DNA of 64,000 nucleotides from Escherichia coli (GCF_013315695.1 NZ_CP054353.1), one strand, 5' to 3'; positions 32,149 to 44,150 are shown, counted from the stretch's first letter. Notes: generated by a model from the sequence alone, not told the origin. Numbers and translations: made by a program.

Positions 32149-33612
32149 TTAGTTCCACATGGCGAGAATCGGCCAGCCAACCAACAGCAGCATAGAGATG
32201 TAAATCACCCCGAAGATTGCGCCAAGACGCCAGTAATCTTTTGATTTCACATAGCCACAGCCGTAAATAATCACCCCAGGACCGGTTGCATACGGCGTCA
32301 GACAGCCCATGATACCGATAGACAGTACCAGCAGGATACACAGTTGTTCCATTGGTACGCCCGGAATCCCTTTACCGACGGCCAGAATAACCGGCAGCAT
32401 GGTTGCGGTGTGCGCAGACAGGCTGGCAAACAGGTAGTGTGCAAAGTAGAACACCAGAACCAGTACAATCACCGTTGCGTTTGGTGAGAAGCCTTCCAGG
32501 TGTGTACTCATCGTGTTGGCGAACCAGTCGATAAAGCCAGAACGGGTCAGGCCATTCGCCATAACAACCAGCGTTGCCAGGTTGACCAGCGTGTTCCATG
32601 CGCTGTTATAGCGAGTAATGTCTTTCCACGGCACAACGTGCAGCGCCAGCATCAGCGAAACTGCCAGCAGACCTACCGCAGTAGCATTAATGACTTCACT
32701 GCCAAATACCCATAAACCTAAGCTGAGCAATACAAGGCCAATCAGCGTCCACTCTCTGCGCGTCAGCGCACCCATGGTTTTTAGTTCATCACCCGCCCAG
32801 GTTGCCACTTCTTCACTGTGTGTGATTTCCGGTTTGTACAGCACGTAGGAAAGCCACGGCGCAATGATAAGCAAGATAACCCCAACCGGCAGGAAGCAGA
32901 GGAACCACTGCAACCAGCTAATCTGGATACCGGCAATTTTGCTGACGAACTCCAGACCCAGCACGTTTGGTGCCGCACCGGTGACAAACATGGACGAACT
33001 CAGACTGGTACTAATGACCATCATCCACATCAAATAGCCGCCAATACGACGCGCGGACGGATCGTTCGGGAATGATTTAAACAGCGGCGGCAGGTTTTTA
33101 ATGACCGGAAAAACCGTACCCCCGGTACGCGCGGTGTTGGACGGTGTAAACGGTGCCAGCAGAATGTCGATAATGACAATCGCATAACCCAACGTCAGCG
33201 TGCGTTTGCCCATGAATTTCACCAGGAAAAGGGCAATACGACGGCCTAACCCGGAAACTTCATACCCTAATGCAAAAATAAATGCGCCAAATACCAGCCA
33301 TACCGTGGTGCTGGAAAAACCAGCCAGACCCCATTTCAGCGCCTGTTTTTGCGCATTAAACGCTGGGTCAGCTAATTCTTTGGCATCAAAGAGCAGGTAA
33401 TTACTGCCAATAACGCAAATAGTAACCGCAATAAAACTGATCGCCGTTGCCGGAATTGGCTCGAGGATCATGCCGACAATCATTGCCACAAACACTGCAA
33501 AGTAATGCCACGCCTGCGGCGGCATACCGTCAGGTACAGGGATAAGAAACATGACACCCATCACCACCAGGGGCGCCAATAATTTCCATATATTATCTTT
33601 TGCTAAAGACAT
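32149..33612 (-). CDS. citT: Citrate:succinate antiporter CitT
   Basis: 487-aa polytopic membrane ORF MSLAKDNIWKLLAPLVVMGVMFLIPVPDGMPPQAWHYFAVF... Confidence 0.92.
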   Translation of the reverse strand: MSLAKDNIWKLLAPLVVMGVMFLIPVPDGMPPQAWHYFAVFVAMIVGMILEPIPATAISFIAVTICVIGSNYLLFDAKELADPAFNAQKQALKWGLAGFSSTTVWLVFGAFIFALGYEVSGLGRRIALFLVKFMGKRTLTLGYAIVIIDILLAPFTPSNTARTGGTVFPVIKNLPPLFKSFPNDPSARRIGGYLMWMMVISTSLSSSMFVTGAAPNVLGLEFVSKIAGIQISWLQWFLCFLPVGVILLIIAPWLSYVLYKPEITHSEEVATWAGDELKTMGALTRREWTLIGLVLLSLGLWVFGSEVINATAVGLLAVSLMLALHVVPWKDITRYNSAWNTLVNLATLVVMANGLTRSGFIDWFANTMSTHLEGFSPNATVIVLVLVFYFAHYLFASLSAHTATMLPVILAVGKGIPGVPMEQLCILLVLSIGIMGCLTPYATGPGVIIYGCGYVKSKDYWRLGAIFGVIYISMLLLVGWPILAMWN

Positions 33613-33662
33613 ACGGGTTCTCCGAAAATTAATATTTCCAAATTTATCAAGTGCTTAAATAA

Positions 33663-35067
<1,405 letters not shown>

Positions 35068-35070
35068 GGC

Positions 35071-36603
35071 TTATTCCTTCACCTGATGCACAACATCGAT
35101 CACCGAGCCATCGCGGTAACGCACAACGGCAACGACGCGGTCGGTGAATTCAATCGGCTGTGGTTCACCGGTCAGCAGACGCGCACGTTCACGCAGCCAC
35201 TCAATAGAAACCACTTTGATCCCCGCTTCCTGCAGACGTTCTGCCAGCTCCGGACGTGCCGGGTTAACAGCGATGCCGTGGTCTGTGACCAGAATATCGA
35301 CACTGGAGCCCGGGGTGATGCAGGTCAGCACGTTATCCACCAGCGTCGGAATACGACCGCGTACCAGCGGCGCGACGATGATGGAAAGCGCAGAGGCAAT
35401 CGCGGTATCGCAGTGACCACCGGAAGCACCACGCAGTACGCCGTCAGAGCCGGTCAGCACGTTAACGTTGAACTGGGTGTCAATTTCCAGCGCGCTCAGT
35501 ACCACCACGTCGAGACGATCAACCGCTGCGCCTTTCGACCCCCAGTTAGCGTACTGGTTGGCGCTGATTTCGATGTGATTGGGGTTACGGGCCAGCGATT
35601 GCGCAGCATGGCTGTCAAAGCTCTGCACATCCAGCAGTTTGCGGATCAAACCTTTTTCGTGCAGATCAACCATCGTTGCGGTAATACCGCCGAGGGCGAA
35701 GTCGGCGCGAATATCGCGGCTACGCATTTTGTCTTCCAGGAAACGGGTTACCGCCAGCGAAGCGCCGCCGGTGCCGGTCTGCATGGAGAAACCTTCTTTG
35801 AAGTAGCCAGAGTTAACAATCACATCCGCAGCGCTACGGGCAATAAGCAGTTCGCGCGGGTTAGTGGTCATACGGGTAGCACCAGCGCCGATTTTTGCAG
35901 CATCGCCAACGCGATCAACTTTGACGATCAGATCAACCTGATCTTGCTCAATGCTTGCCGGATTATGCGGATAAGGCAGCAGTTCTTCGGTAAGCATCAC
36001 GACCTGTTTTGCGTTGTCGGCATCAACCATTGCATAGCCGAGGGAGCCGCAGCAGGCTTTACCGGTGTAGCCGTTGGCATTACCGAATTCATCACAGGAC
36101 GGGACGCCGAGGAAAGCCACATCGATATTCAGTTCGCCGCTCTGTACCAGATGCACACGTCCGCCGTGAGAGTGGATTTGCACCGGTTCCGCCAGCAGAC
36201 CACGGGAGATTTCTTCCGCCAGTGGACCGCGCAGGCCAGAGGTATAAATGCGGGTAACCACGCCCCGGCGAATGTGTTCTACCAGCGGCGCATGGCAATC
36301 ACTCAGGGAGCTGGAGGCCAGAGTCAGGTTTTTAAAGCCCATCTTCGCGATGACGTCCATCACCATATTGACGGTCAGGTCACCGCCACGGAAAGCGTGA
36401 TGGAAGGAAACCGTCATACCGTCCTGTAAACCAGAGCGACGAATCGCTTCTTCCAGGTTGGCGCACAGTTTGCGATCGCGCGCTTTTTCAGCCTGGTAGG
36501 TTTGCTTTGGCGAGTTCTGGAAAGCGGCAAGATCGCATTCAGCGCGACGATTCCAGGCCGCTACCCGTTCTTGTCGTTGAGATTGTTCAATTTTCTGCGT
36601 CAT
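35071..36603 (-). CDS. citF: Citrate lyase alpha subunit (citrate CoA-transferase) CitF
   Basis: 510-aa ORF MTQKIEQSQRQERVAAWNRRAECDLAAFQNSPKQTYQ... Confidence 0.92.
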   Translation of the reverse strand: MTQKIEQSQRQERVAAWNRRAECDLAAFQNSPKQTYQAEKARDRKLCANLEEAIRRSGLQDGMTVSFHHAFRGGDLTVNMVMDVIAKMGFKNLTLASSSLSDCHAPLVEHIRRGVVTRIYTSGLRGPLAEEISRGLLAEPVQIHSHGGRVHLVQSGELNIDVAFLGVPSCDEFGNANGYTGKACCGSLGYAMVDADNAKQVVMLTEELLPYPHNPASIEQDQVDLIVKVDRVGDAAKIGAGATRMTTNPRELLIARSAADVIVNSGYFKEGFSMQTGTGGASLAVTRFLEDKMRSRDIRADFALGGITATMVDLHEKGLIRKLLDVQSFDSHAAQSLARNPNHIEISANQYANWGSKGAAVDRLDVVVLSALEIDTQFNVNVLTGSDGVLRGASGGHCDTAIASALSIIVAPLVRGRIPTLVDNVLTCITPGSSVDILVTDHGIAVNPARPELAERLQEAGIKVVSIEWLRERARLLTGEPQPIEFTDRVVAVVRYRDGSVIDVVHQVKE

Positions 36604-36613
36604 TTTGATTGCC

Positions 36614-37522
36614 TTATTCTTCGCGGATGCCGGAAAGTTCTGCGCGGGAGAGCACCAGACGGGCGCGATCGATAACCGGACCGTCCACCATCTTGCCGTT
36701 CAGGGAAACCACGCCGAGGCCTTCGCGAGCGGCGGCTTCAGCGGCTTCTACGACGCGGCGGGCGTGATCCACTTCTTTCTGGGTCGGTGCGTAGAGGTTG
36801 TGCAGCAGATCAATCTGACGCGGGTTGATCAGCGATTTGCCGTCAAAGCCCAGCTGTTTGATGTGGGCGGCTTCTTGCAGGAATCCGGCTTCGTTATTAG
36901 CGTCGGAATAGACGGTATCGAACGCCTGAATACCCGCAGAGCGCGCGGCCTGCAAAATGGAACAGCGTGCGAACAGCAGTTCAGTTCCTTCCGGGGAGCG
37001 TTCTGTACGCAGGTTGCGCACATAGTCTTCTGCACCGAGGGCGATACCGATCAAACGCTCGGAAGCGTGAGCGATTTCCACTGCGCGGGTAATGCCCAGC
37101 GGAGATTCAATCGCTGCCAGCAGGCCGGTGCTGCCGGGTTCACGACCACAGGCTTTTTCGATGCGCAGGATCTCTTTTTCGATATCCAGAACATCCTGAG
37201 CGGTATCGGTTTTCGGCAGACGCACAACGTCCGCACCACCGCGAACGACGGCTTCCAGGTCGTTAACACCCCATTCGGAATCCAGCGCGTTTACACGCAC
37301 AATGGTTTCAATATCGCGATACAGCGGATGTTGCAGCGCGTGGTAAACCATGCGGCGGGCGGTGTCTTTTTCACGCAATGCTACGGAGTCTTCGAGGTCA
37401 AACATCAGGGCATCAGCCGGGTAGATGAAGGAGTTGCTGACCATCGCGGCATTGGCACCAGGCACAAACAACATACTGCGGCGGGTGCGAGTTTTACGTT
37501 GTTGCAGCGAAGCGGAAATCAT
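36614..37522 (-). CDS. citE: Citrate lyase beta subunit (citryl-CoA lyase) CitE
   Basis: Start [37 protein letters not shown]…, 302 aa; the start overlaps the citD stop (ATGA). Confidence 0.92.
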
Positions 37523-37815
37523 TGGCAATCCTCCCATGGCAGAGCCGGGATACCGCTGGCGCGTGCCAGCAGGGCTTCCAGTCGTGCACGTAAAATGCAG
37601 TCCAGTGCGCCTTTGTCATCGACATTCAGCTGTACGCCGCGCACGTTGTAGCGGGCGAGAACGTCCAGAATGGTGGTGCGAATTGCATCGCCAAACTGTT
37701 TCTCAACGCTGCTGTTGATTTGCAGGTCGATATCCTGCGTATCGAGTGGGGCGATGCGTATCATCACATCCCCAGACTCAAGGGTGCCTGCAACGGCGGG
37801 CTGGTTTATTTTCAT
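37519..37815 (-). CDS. citD: Citrate lyase acyl carrier protein (gamma subunit) CitD
   Basis: 98-aa [45 protein letters not shown]... Confidence 0.92.
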
Positions 37816-37829
37816 TTTTCACCTGTTTC

Positions 37830-38888
37830 TCATGCGGGGGTCTTTTGACGAGCTGCCGCGTCCTGGCGGGAGTGCTCAAGCAGGTTCTGCAAATAATGCA
37901 GCGTGACTGCAGGGACCAGCGGCGCGATAGCCGTGAGATCGTTTTTCGCCAGCAGTTGACGTACCCGGGAAGCGGATATCGGCATCTCCTGGTAACGCAG
38001 CCGCTCAATTTCAACCAGTTCGATGGGCGGTGCGGAGATAGTCGGCGTTTCCAGCCAGTAGCGCATATCCTGGTTGTACTGGGCGGTAACGCGACAAAAG
38101 GGTTCAGTACCGACAAAGCGGTGAGTTACACCCAGCGCGGGAGCGAGGTACTGACGGAAAATCTTCAGATCAATTTCGGTGTAACAATGGTTAATGACGC
38201 TCTGTTCTTTAATGAAGTAGCAAGGGAACGTAGCGCGGGAGATGATGTATTCGGAGCCGCGATGCACAGTCAGGCGTGGAATATCGGCGGTGCCTTTTAA
38301 CACCAGATCCAGCCGGTCTTCATAGGGAAAGCGTGAAGAATCTTCTTTAACTAAAAACAGATGCAACCAGTCGCACTGTGCTGCAGCCTGTTGAATCAGA
38401 TAACGGTGACCATTCGTAAAGGGATTGGCGTTCATCACAATGCAGCCAATCTTGTTCCCTGGATGACGAAATTTTTTCAGCGATTCGGCATAGCGTTTCA
38501 GTCGCGTGGCGCTGTTTTCCATCAGCACCATCACGCCGGGTACACTGGTCAGCGTGGAAAAACCGCACTGGCGGAACAGCGCCTCGTATTCGGTTTTGGT
38601 ATAAATAAACAGATGCGTGCTGTGCCGCTCATAGGCGAGGTTTATCAATTCAGTGGCTAATGTCAGCGCCAGTCCTTCACCGCGAACGGATTCACTGATA
38701 GCAACGCATTTAATAATATTTCCGGCAATTCCACCGCACGCGATAAGCTTTTCATCGCGGGTTACGGTAATAAATACTTCGACTGTGGTGTCAACGCTCA
38801 AATCATTTTCATGCAGGAATTGGGCGATTTCCGCCATTTTTTTATTTTCTGAACGTTTTACACGGGTGAAAATATCATTGCCGAACAT
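37830..38888 (-). CDS. citC: [Citrate (pro-3S)-lyase] ligase CitC
   Basis: Start MFGNDIFTRVKRSENKKMAEIAQFLHENDLSVD…, 352 aa. The track ORF is extended upstream to 38975. Confidence 0.9.
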   Translation of the reverse strand: MFGNDIFTRVKRSENKKMAEIAQFLHENDLSVDTTVEVFITVTRDEKLIACGGIAGNIIKCVAISESVRGEGLALTLATELINLAYERHSTHLFIYTKTEYEALFRQCGFSTLTSVPGVMVLMENSATRLKRYAESLKKFRHPGNKIGCIVMNANPFTNGHRYLIQQAAAQCDWLHLFLVKEDSSRFPYEDRLDLVLKGTADIPRLTVHRGSEYIISRATFPCYFIKEQSVINHCYTEIDLKIFRQYLAPALGVTHRFVGTEPFCRVTAQYNQDMRYWLETPTISAPPIELVEIERLRYQEMPISASRVRQLLAKNDLTAIAPLVPAVTLHYLQNLLEHSRQDAAARQKTPA

Positions 38889-39148
38889 AATAAATAGTAT
38901 CCTGAAGGTGCATGTTGTTATCGATTTGCAACGAATGTTGTTCGATGTTGCAAACTGATAACCTTTTATTTTCACTTGGGAGAAAGGGGGTGATCGAGGT
39001 ATATCTTTTTCTCCTTTCGCTATACATCCTAAGGAGTATTTCGGCGTGAAATTTTGATTTATTTCACATAGAGTTAGTGGTTTTTTATTTATTTAATGGT
39101 TTTAAGTTTTTTAACTAATGTAATTACGAAATGACCCGCAGGTTTAAG

Positions 39149-39166
39149 TGATTTAATTGATTTAAT
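39149..39166. repeat. Tandem direct repeat of the 9-mer tgatttaat (x2) in the citC/dpiB divergent control region
   Basis: Read directly from the sequence: tgatttaat|tgatttaat, adjacent copies. Candidate response-regulator or nucleoid-protein site. Confidence 0.5.
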
Positions 39167-39266
39167 GAATAAAATTTGCCACGATCATATTTAATATATA
39201 TGTATTTTGATTCAACATTTTAATTACATCCGTCAAAGAGGCTCGGGACAACCCGCAAGGAAAACA

Positions 39267-40925
39267 ATGTTGCAGCTTAACGAGAATAAACAGTTTGCAT
39301 TTTTCCAAAGACTGGCATTTCCGCTGCGTATCTTTTTGCTGATTCTGGTGTTCTCAATATTTGTCATTGCAGCCCTGGCGCAATATTTTACGGCCAGTTT
39401 TGAGGACTATTTAACGCTTCATGTGCGCGACATGGCAATGAATCAGGCAAAAATTATTGCTTCTAATGACAGTATCATCAGCGCAGTGAAAACGCGTGAC
39501 TACAAGAGGCTGGCGACCATCGCTGACAAATTACAAAGAGATACTGATTTCGATTATGTGGTGATTGGCGACCGGCACTCGATTCGTCTTTACCATCCTA
39601 ATCCGGAGAAAATTGGTTATCCTATGCAGTTCACCAAACCGGGCGCGCTGGAGAAAGGGGAGAGCTACTTCATCACCGGGAAAGGGTCAATTGGCATGGC
39701 GATGCGTGCCAAAACGCCAATCTTTGATGACGATGGAAAAGTCATCGGCGTGGTGTCGATTGGCTACCTGGTGAGTAAAATCGATAGCTGGCGGGCTGAG
39801 TTTTTATTACCGATGGCTGGCGTGTTTGTCGTGCTGTTAGGGATTCTGATGTTGCTATCGTGGTTCCTGGCCGCGCATATCCGTCGGCAGATGATGGGCA
39901 TGGAGCCAAAGCAAATCGCACGCGTGGTCCGTCAGCAAGAGGCGCTGTTTAGTTCGGTTTATGAAGGGCTCATTGCGGTGGATCCGCATGGTTACATTAC
40001 CGCCATCAATCGTAACGCAAGAAAGATGCTGGGTCTGAGTTCCCCCGGACGGCAATGGTTGGGTAAACCCATTGCTGAAGTGGTCAGGCCCGCCGATTTC
40101 TTTACCGAACAGATTGATGAAAAACGTCAGGATGTGGTGGCGAACTTTAACGGTCTGAGCGTTATTGCCAATCGGGAAGCTATTCGTTCAGGTGATGATT
40201 TGCTGGGGGCCATTATCAGCTTTCGTAGTAAAGACGAAATTTCCACCCTCAATGCACAACTGACGCAAATTAAACAATACGTCGAGAGCCTGCGCACATT
40301 GCGACACGAGCATCTCAATTGGATGTCGACGCTCAATGGTCTGTTGCAGATGAAAGAGTATGATCGCGTGTTGGCGATGGTGCAGGGGGAGTCTCAGGCC
40401 CAGCAACAGCTTATTGATAGCCTGCGCGAGGCGTTTGCCGATCGCCAGGTGGCGGGGCTGCTTTTTGGTAAAGTGCAGCGCGCCCGCGAACTGGGGCTAA
40501 AAATGGTCATCGTCCCCGGTAGCCAGCTTTCGCAACTGCCGCCAGGACTGGATAGCACCGAGTTTGCCGCCATTGTTGGCAATTTACTTGATAACGCCTT
40601 CGAAGCCAGCCTGCGTAGCGATGAAGGAAACAAGATCGTTGAATTATTCCTCAGCGATGAAGGCGATGATGTGGTGATTGAAGTCGCCGATCAGGGCTGC
40701 GGCGTTCCAGAGTCTCTACGAGACAAAATATTTGAGCAGGGGGTCAGTACGCGTGCTGACGAGCCCGGTGAACATGGCATTGGGTTGTACTTGATTGCCA
40801 GCTATGTAACGCGCTGCGGTGGTGTTATCACTCTCGAAGATAATGATCCCTGCGGTACCTTATTTTCAATCTATATTCCGAAAGTGAAACCTAATGACAG
40901 CTCCATTAACCCTATTGATCGTTGA
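39267..40925 (+). CDS. dpiB: Citrate-sensing histidine kinase DpiB (CitA)
   Basis: Start MLQLNENKQFAFFQRLAFPLRIFLLILVFSIFVIAALAQ…, 552 aa; PAS and HATPase motifs. The track ORF is extended 20 codons upstream. Confidence 0.9.
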   Translation: MLQLNENKQFAFFQRLAFPLRIFLLILVFSIFVIAALAQYFTASFEDYLTLHVRDMAMNQAKIIASNDSIISAVKTRDYKRLATIADKLQRDTDFDYVVIGDRHSIRLYHPNPEKIGYPMQFTKPGALEKGESYFITGKGSIGMAMRAKTPIFDDDGKVIGVVSIGYLVSKIDSWRAEFLLPMAGVFVVLLGILMLLSWFLAAHIRRQMMGMEPKQIARVVRQQEALFSSVYEGLIAVDPHGYITAINRNARKMLGLSSPGRQWLGKPIAEVVRPADFFTEQIDEKRQDVVANFNGLSVIANREAIRSGDDLLGAIISFRSKDEISTLNAQLTQIKQYVESLRTLRHEHLNWMSTLNGLLQMKEYDRVLAMVQGESQAQQQLIDSLREAFADRQVAGLLFGKVQRARELGLKMVIVPGSQLSQLPPGLDSTEFAAIVGNLLDNAFEASLRSDEGNKIVELFLSDEGDDVVIEVADQGCGVPESLRDKIFEQGVSTRADEPGEHGIGLYLIASYVTRCGGVITLEDNDPCGTLFSIYIPKVKPNDSSINPIDR

Positions 40926-41574
40926 GGACGAAACGCCGCTGGCAGAGATGCATGCGGAATATATTCGTCACATTCCCGGATTCAGTCAGATATTACTGGC
41001 GGGAAACCTGGCGCAGGCCCGAATGATGATCGAGCGTTTTAAGCCGGGGCTAATCTTGCTCGATAACTATCTTCCTGACGGTAGAGGGATTAATTTACTG
41101 CATGAACTGGTGCAGGCGCATTATCCCGGCGACGTGGTGTTTACCACTGCAGCCAGCGATATGGAAACGGTGTCTGAAGCCGTACGTTGTGGTGTATTTG
41201 ATTATCTCATTAAGCCAATTGCCTATGAACGGCTGGGGCAAACGCTAACCCGTTTCCGCCAGCGTAAACATATGCTGGAAAGTATTGATAGCGCCAGCCA
41301 GAAGCAAATTGATGAGATGTTTAATGCCTATGCTCGCGGTGAACCCAAAGACGAACTGCCGACCGGCATTGACCCCTTGACGCTAAACGCAGTGCGAAAA
41401 CTGTTTAAAGAGCCTGGTGTGCAACATACGGCAGAAACGGTGGCGCAGGCACTGACTATCAGCCGCACCACTGCCAGACGTTATCTTGAATATTGCGCCA
41501 GCCGCCATCTGATTATTGCTGAAATTGTTCACGGCAAAGTTGGCAGACCGCAACGCATATACCACAGTGGGTGA
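40894..41574 (+). CDS. dpiA: Response regulator DpiA (CitB)
   Basis: 226-aa ORF MTAPLTLLIVEDETPLAEMHAEYIRHIPGF…; the start overlaps the dpiB 3' end by 32 nt. Confidence 0.92.
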   Translation: MTAPLTLLIVEDETPLAEMHAEYIRHIPGFSQILLAGNLAQARMMIERFKPGLILLDNYLPDGRGINLLHELVQAHYPGDVVFTTAASDMETVSEAVRCGVFDYLIKPIAYERLGQTLTRFRQRKHMLESIDSASQKQIDEMFNAYARGEPKDELPTGIDPLTLNAVRKLFKEPGVQHTAETVAQALTISRTTARRYLEYCASRHLIIAEIVHGKVGRPQRIYHSG

Positions 41575-41614
41575 CATGATAAAGCCGGAGGAAACTTGCC
41601 TCCGGCATGACTAT

Positions 41615-43000
41615 TTACTTGCCTGTGACCGCGGCTGCCGTTCCTGGCACCATCAGCTCTGTAGCAACGATAACAATCACCAGCCCAACAAGCACCGGCA
41701 CCGAGGTGCGTTTTACGACTTCAAATGGTGAGATTTTCGCCATCCCGGCAACCGCAACGACTACGCCAGAAACGGGTGACAGGGTACGGCCGAGGTTTGA
41801 CGCCTGCAGCATTGGGATAGTCAAATACGCCGGGTTAATGCCGGAAGAGTGCGCCAGTTTCGGGATCATCTCAACAAACGCATAAAACGGCGCATTGCCT
41901 GAACCGGTCGTGACTGCCGCCAGCATTGTCAGGATCACTAATACCAGCATCAGGATGATACTCGCCGAACCAAACGAGGTGGCGATAGAAATCAGACTTT
42001 GAATAAAGCCGATGGTGCTAAGCCCCTGAGCGAATACCCCAGCGGCAACCAGCAGCATCACCACGTTAGCAAACGCATCGGCCATCCCGCGATAAGCCAC
42101 TTCCAGACCAGAGAAAACTTTCTGGGTATTAAAGCTGCGGATGAACTCCAGAATGGAGGCAATCAGCATACAAATCACCAGAATAGTGATGATGTGTAAT
42201 TGCGGACCCCATTTGCCGTCAAAAATCAGCACTCCGATGATCGGCGTGAACGGCAAAATGGCATAAAACGCAGGAGCAGTGGTGGTGATTTCACTGACAT
42301 CTAACATTTCATGAGAGATGTGCTCTTTTTTATCCAGATAACGTTGCCAGAAGAAGTGGGAGATCGCCATGCCGATAATTGCAGCAATTGAGATAGGCAG
42401 CGTCGTTTTGAATGCGAAGTCAATCAGCGACATTTCGGAAGCCTGCGCCGCCAGCACCACATCCCCTGAAGTCGGTGCGAGAATAATCGCCGCCGGGGAG
42501 GCACAAATAGCAGCAGCTGCACCACGGCTGATACCAACGTTTACCATCACCGGAAACAGGGTTGCCATCAGCAAAACACCCAGACCGGTCGCGGAAGAGA
42601 CGGCCAGAGACATCAGACAGGCGACAAAATAGGCGGCAATCATCAGCAGGTAAGGGGAGTTAATATACTGCAATGGTTTTGACGCCAGCTTGACCACCAT
42701 ATCATTCGCGCCGATATGGGTCATGTAAGCGGCAAAGCCACACAGCATCATAATCATCATGCCGAGGTCGCCGCCGCGGCTCATTAGCAATATTTTAACG
42801 TATTCAACGATATCCGTGGCGCTGTAGCCTGTTGAAGCCTGGCTGGACGGTAACACTTTGTGCCCCATAATGGCACTGATAATCATCAATAACAGGCCAC
42901 CGACAAATAACACGCCAGTGGCGGAATACCCTTTAATGATGTAGCGAGCTACACCCACAATAACCACAACCCCAATAAGGAGTTCAATGAATGTCAGCAT
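41615..43000 (-). CDS. dcuC: Anaerobic C4-dicarboxylate transporter DcuC
   Basis: 461-aa polytopic membrane ORF MLTFIELLIGVVVIVGVARYIIKGYSATGV…; uninterrupted. Confidence 0.92.
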   Translation of the reverse strand: MLTFIELLIGVVVIVGVARYIIKGYSATGVLFVGGLLLMIISAIMGHKVLPSSQASTGYSATDIVEYVKILLMSRGGDLGMMIMMLCGFAAYMTHIGANDMVVKLASKPLQYINSPYLLMIAAYFVACLMSLAVSSATGLGVLLMATLFPVMVNVGISRGAAAAICASPAAIILAPTSGDVVLAAQASEMSLIDFAFKTTLPISIAAIIGMAISHFFWQRYLDKKEHISHEMLDVSEITTTAPAFYAILPFTPIIGVLIFDGKWGPQLHIITILVICMLIASILEFIRSFNTQKVFSGLEVAYRGMADAFANVVMLLVAAGVFAQGLSTIGFIQSLISIATSFGSASIILMLVLVILTMLAAVTTGSGNAPFYAFVEMIPKLAHSSGINPAYLTIPMLQASNLGRTLSPVSGVVVAVAGMAKISPFEVVKRTSVPVLVGLVIVIVATELMVPGTAAAVTGK

Positions 43001-43588
43001 AATTTTTCCTGTCTCCAGGCCCCAAAGTAAATAATAAAAAATTCCTAAAAACTAAGGAAAAAATATGCCCAATAAATTGGCGGTGAATGCTGATTAAAAT
43101 CAAGAAAAACTGCCATTAAGACATTGAAGTTGCTGTTTTTATACGTAGATAACAAAACGCATATTTAGCGGTTGGCAAATATCACATAATAATGTGTGTA
43201 AATTGATGGTGGATTGATGCAAATTTGTTAATTGCAATGGTGTTAGCTGCGGCCATGCGCTCAAAAAATAATCTAATATGAGCATGGGTTGACGATATAT
43301 ATTATATACTTCGTTAAGATGATTGTTGTATCTCGTTAAAAAATAAAATAATTTTTCCTTGATTGCATTTTGTCATCAAAAAAGACTTGGTTTTTCTTTT
43401 TTGACTATTCCCATCGCAGAAAACGACGCATCATCTTTAATCGATGCGCGGAAATATTTAACTTAAACAAGCGGAAATAAATAGAGCAGCTATTCAGATT
43501 ATTTTTTATGTTGGGGCTATTAAGGTTATGTTAATTGTAGCTTTGCTATGCTAGTAGTAGATTTTTGATAAATGTTTAATGGTCACAA

Positions 43589-44150
43589 ATGAACGTGAGT
43601 AAATATGTCGCTATATTTTTCTTTGTTTTTATTCAGTTAATCAGTGTTGGTAAAGTTTTTGCTAACGCTGATGAGTGGATGACAACGTTTAGAGAAAATA
43701 TTGCACAAACCTGGCAACAGCCAGAACATATATGATTTATATATTCCTGCCATCACCTGGCATGCGCGTTTTGCCTATGACAAAGAAAAAACCGATCGCT
43801 ATAACGAGCGACCGTGGGGCGGCAGTTTTGGTCAGTCGCGTTGGGATGAAAAAGGAAACTGGCATGGCCTGTATGCCATGGCATTTAAGGACTCGTGGAA
43901 CAAATGGGAACCGATTGCCGGATACGGATGGGAAAGTACCTGGCGACCGCTGGCGGATGAAAATTTTCATTTAGGCCTGGGATTTACCGCTGGCGTAACG
44001 GCGCGCGATAACTGGAATTACATCCCTCTCCCGGTTCTACTGCCATTGGCCTCTGTGGGGTATGGCCCCGCGACGTTTCAGATGACCTACATTCCGGGTA
44101 CCTACAACAATGGCAATGTGTACTTTGCCTGGATGCGCTTTCAGTTTTGA
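43589..44150 (+). pseudogene. pagP: pagP (lipid A palmitoyltransferase) disrupted by a +1 frameshift
   Basis: The ATG at 43589 encodes [47 protein letters not shown] and then hits TGA at 43733-43735. The rest of PagP ([20 protein letters not shown]…WMRFQF) continues in the +1 frame to 44150. There is one extra base in the cat-at-at tract at about 43727-43732. Confidence 0.75.

Noticed and set aside
36605-37651. 348-aa + strand ORF antisense to citE and citD
   Set aside because: Antisense shadow ORF of conserved citrate lyase genes, with no RBS and no protein-like composition.
43701-43735. Track start (TTG at 43701) of the 149-aa ORF covering pagP
   Set aside because: This is the +1 frame of pagP opened by a non-canonical start upstream of the frameshift, not an independent gene. 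It is annotated instead as part of the pagP pseudogene.
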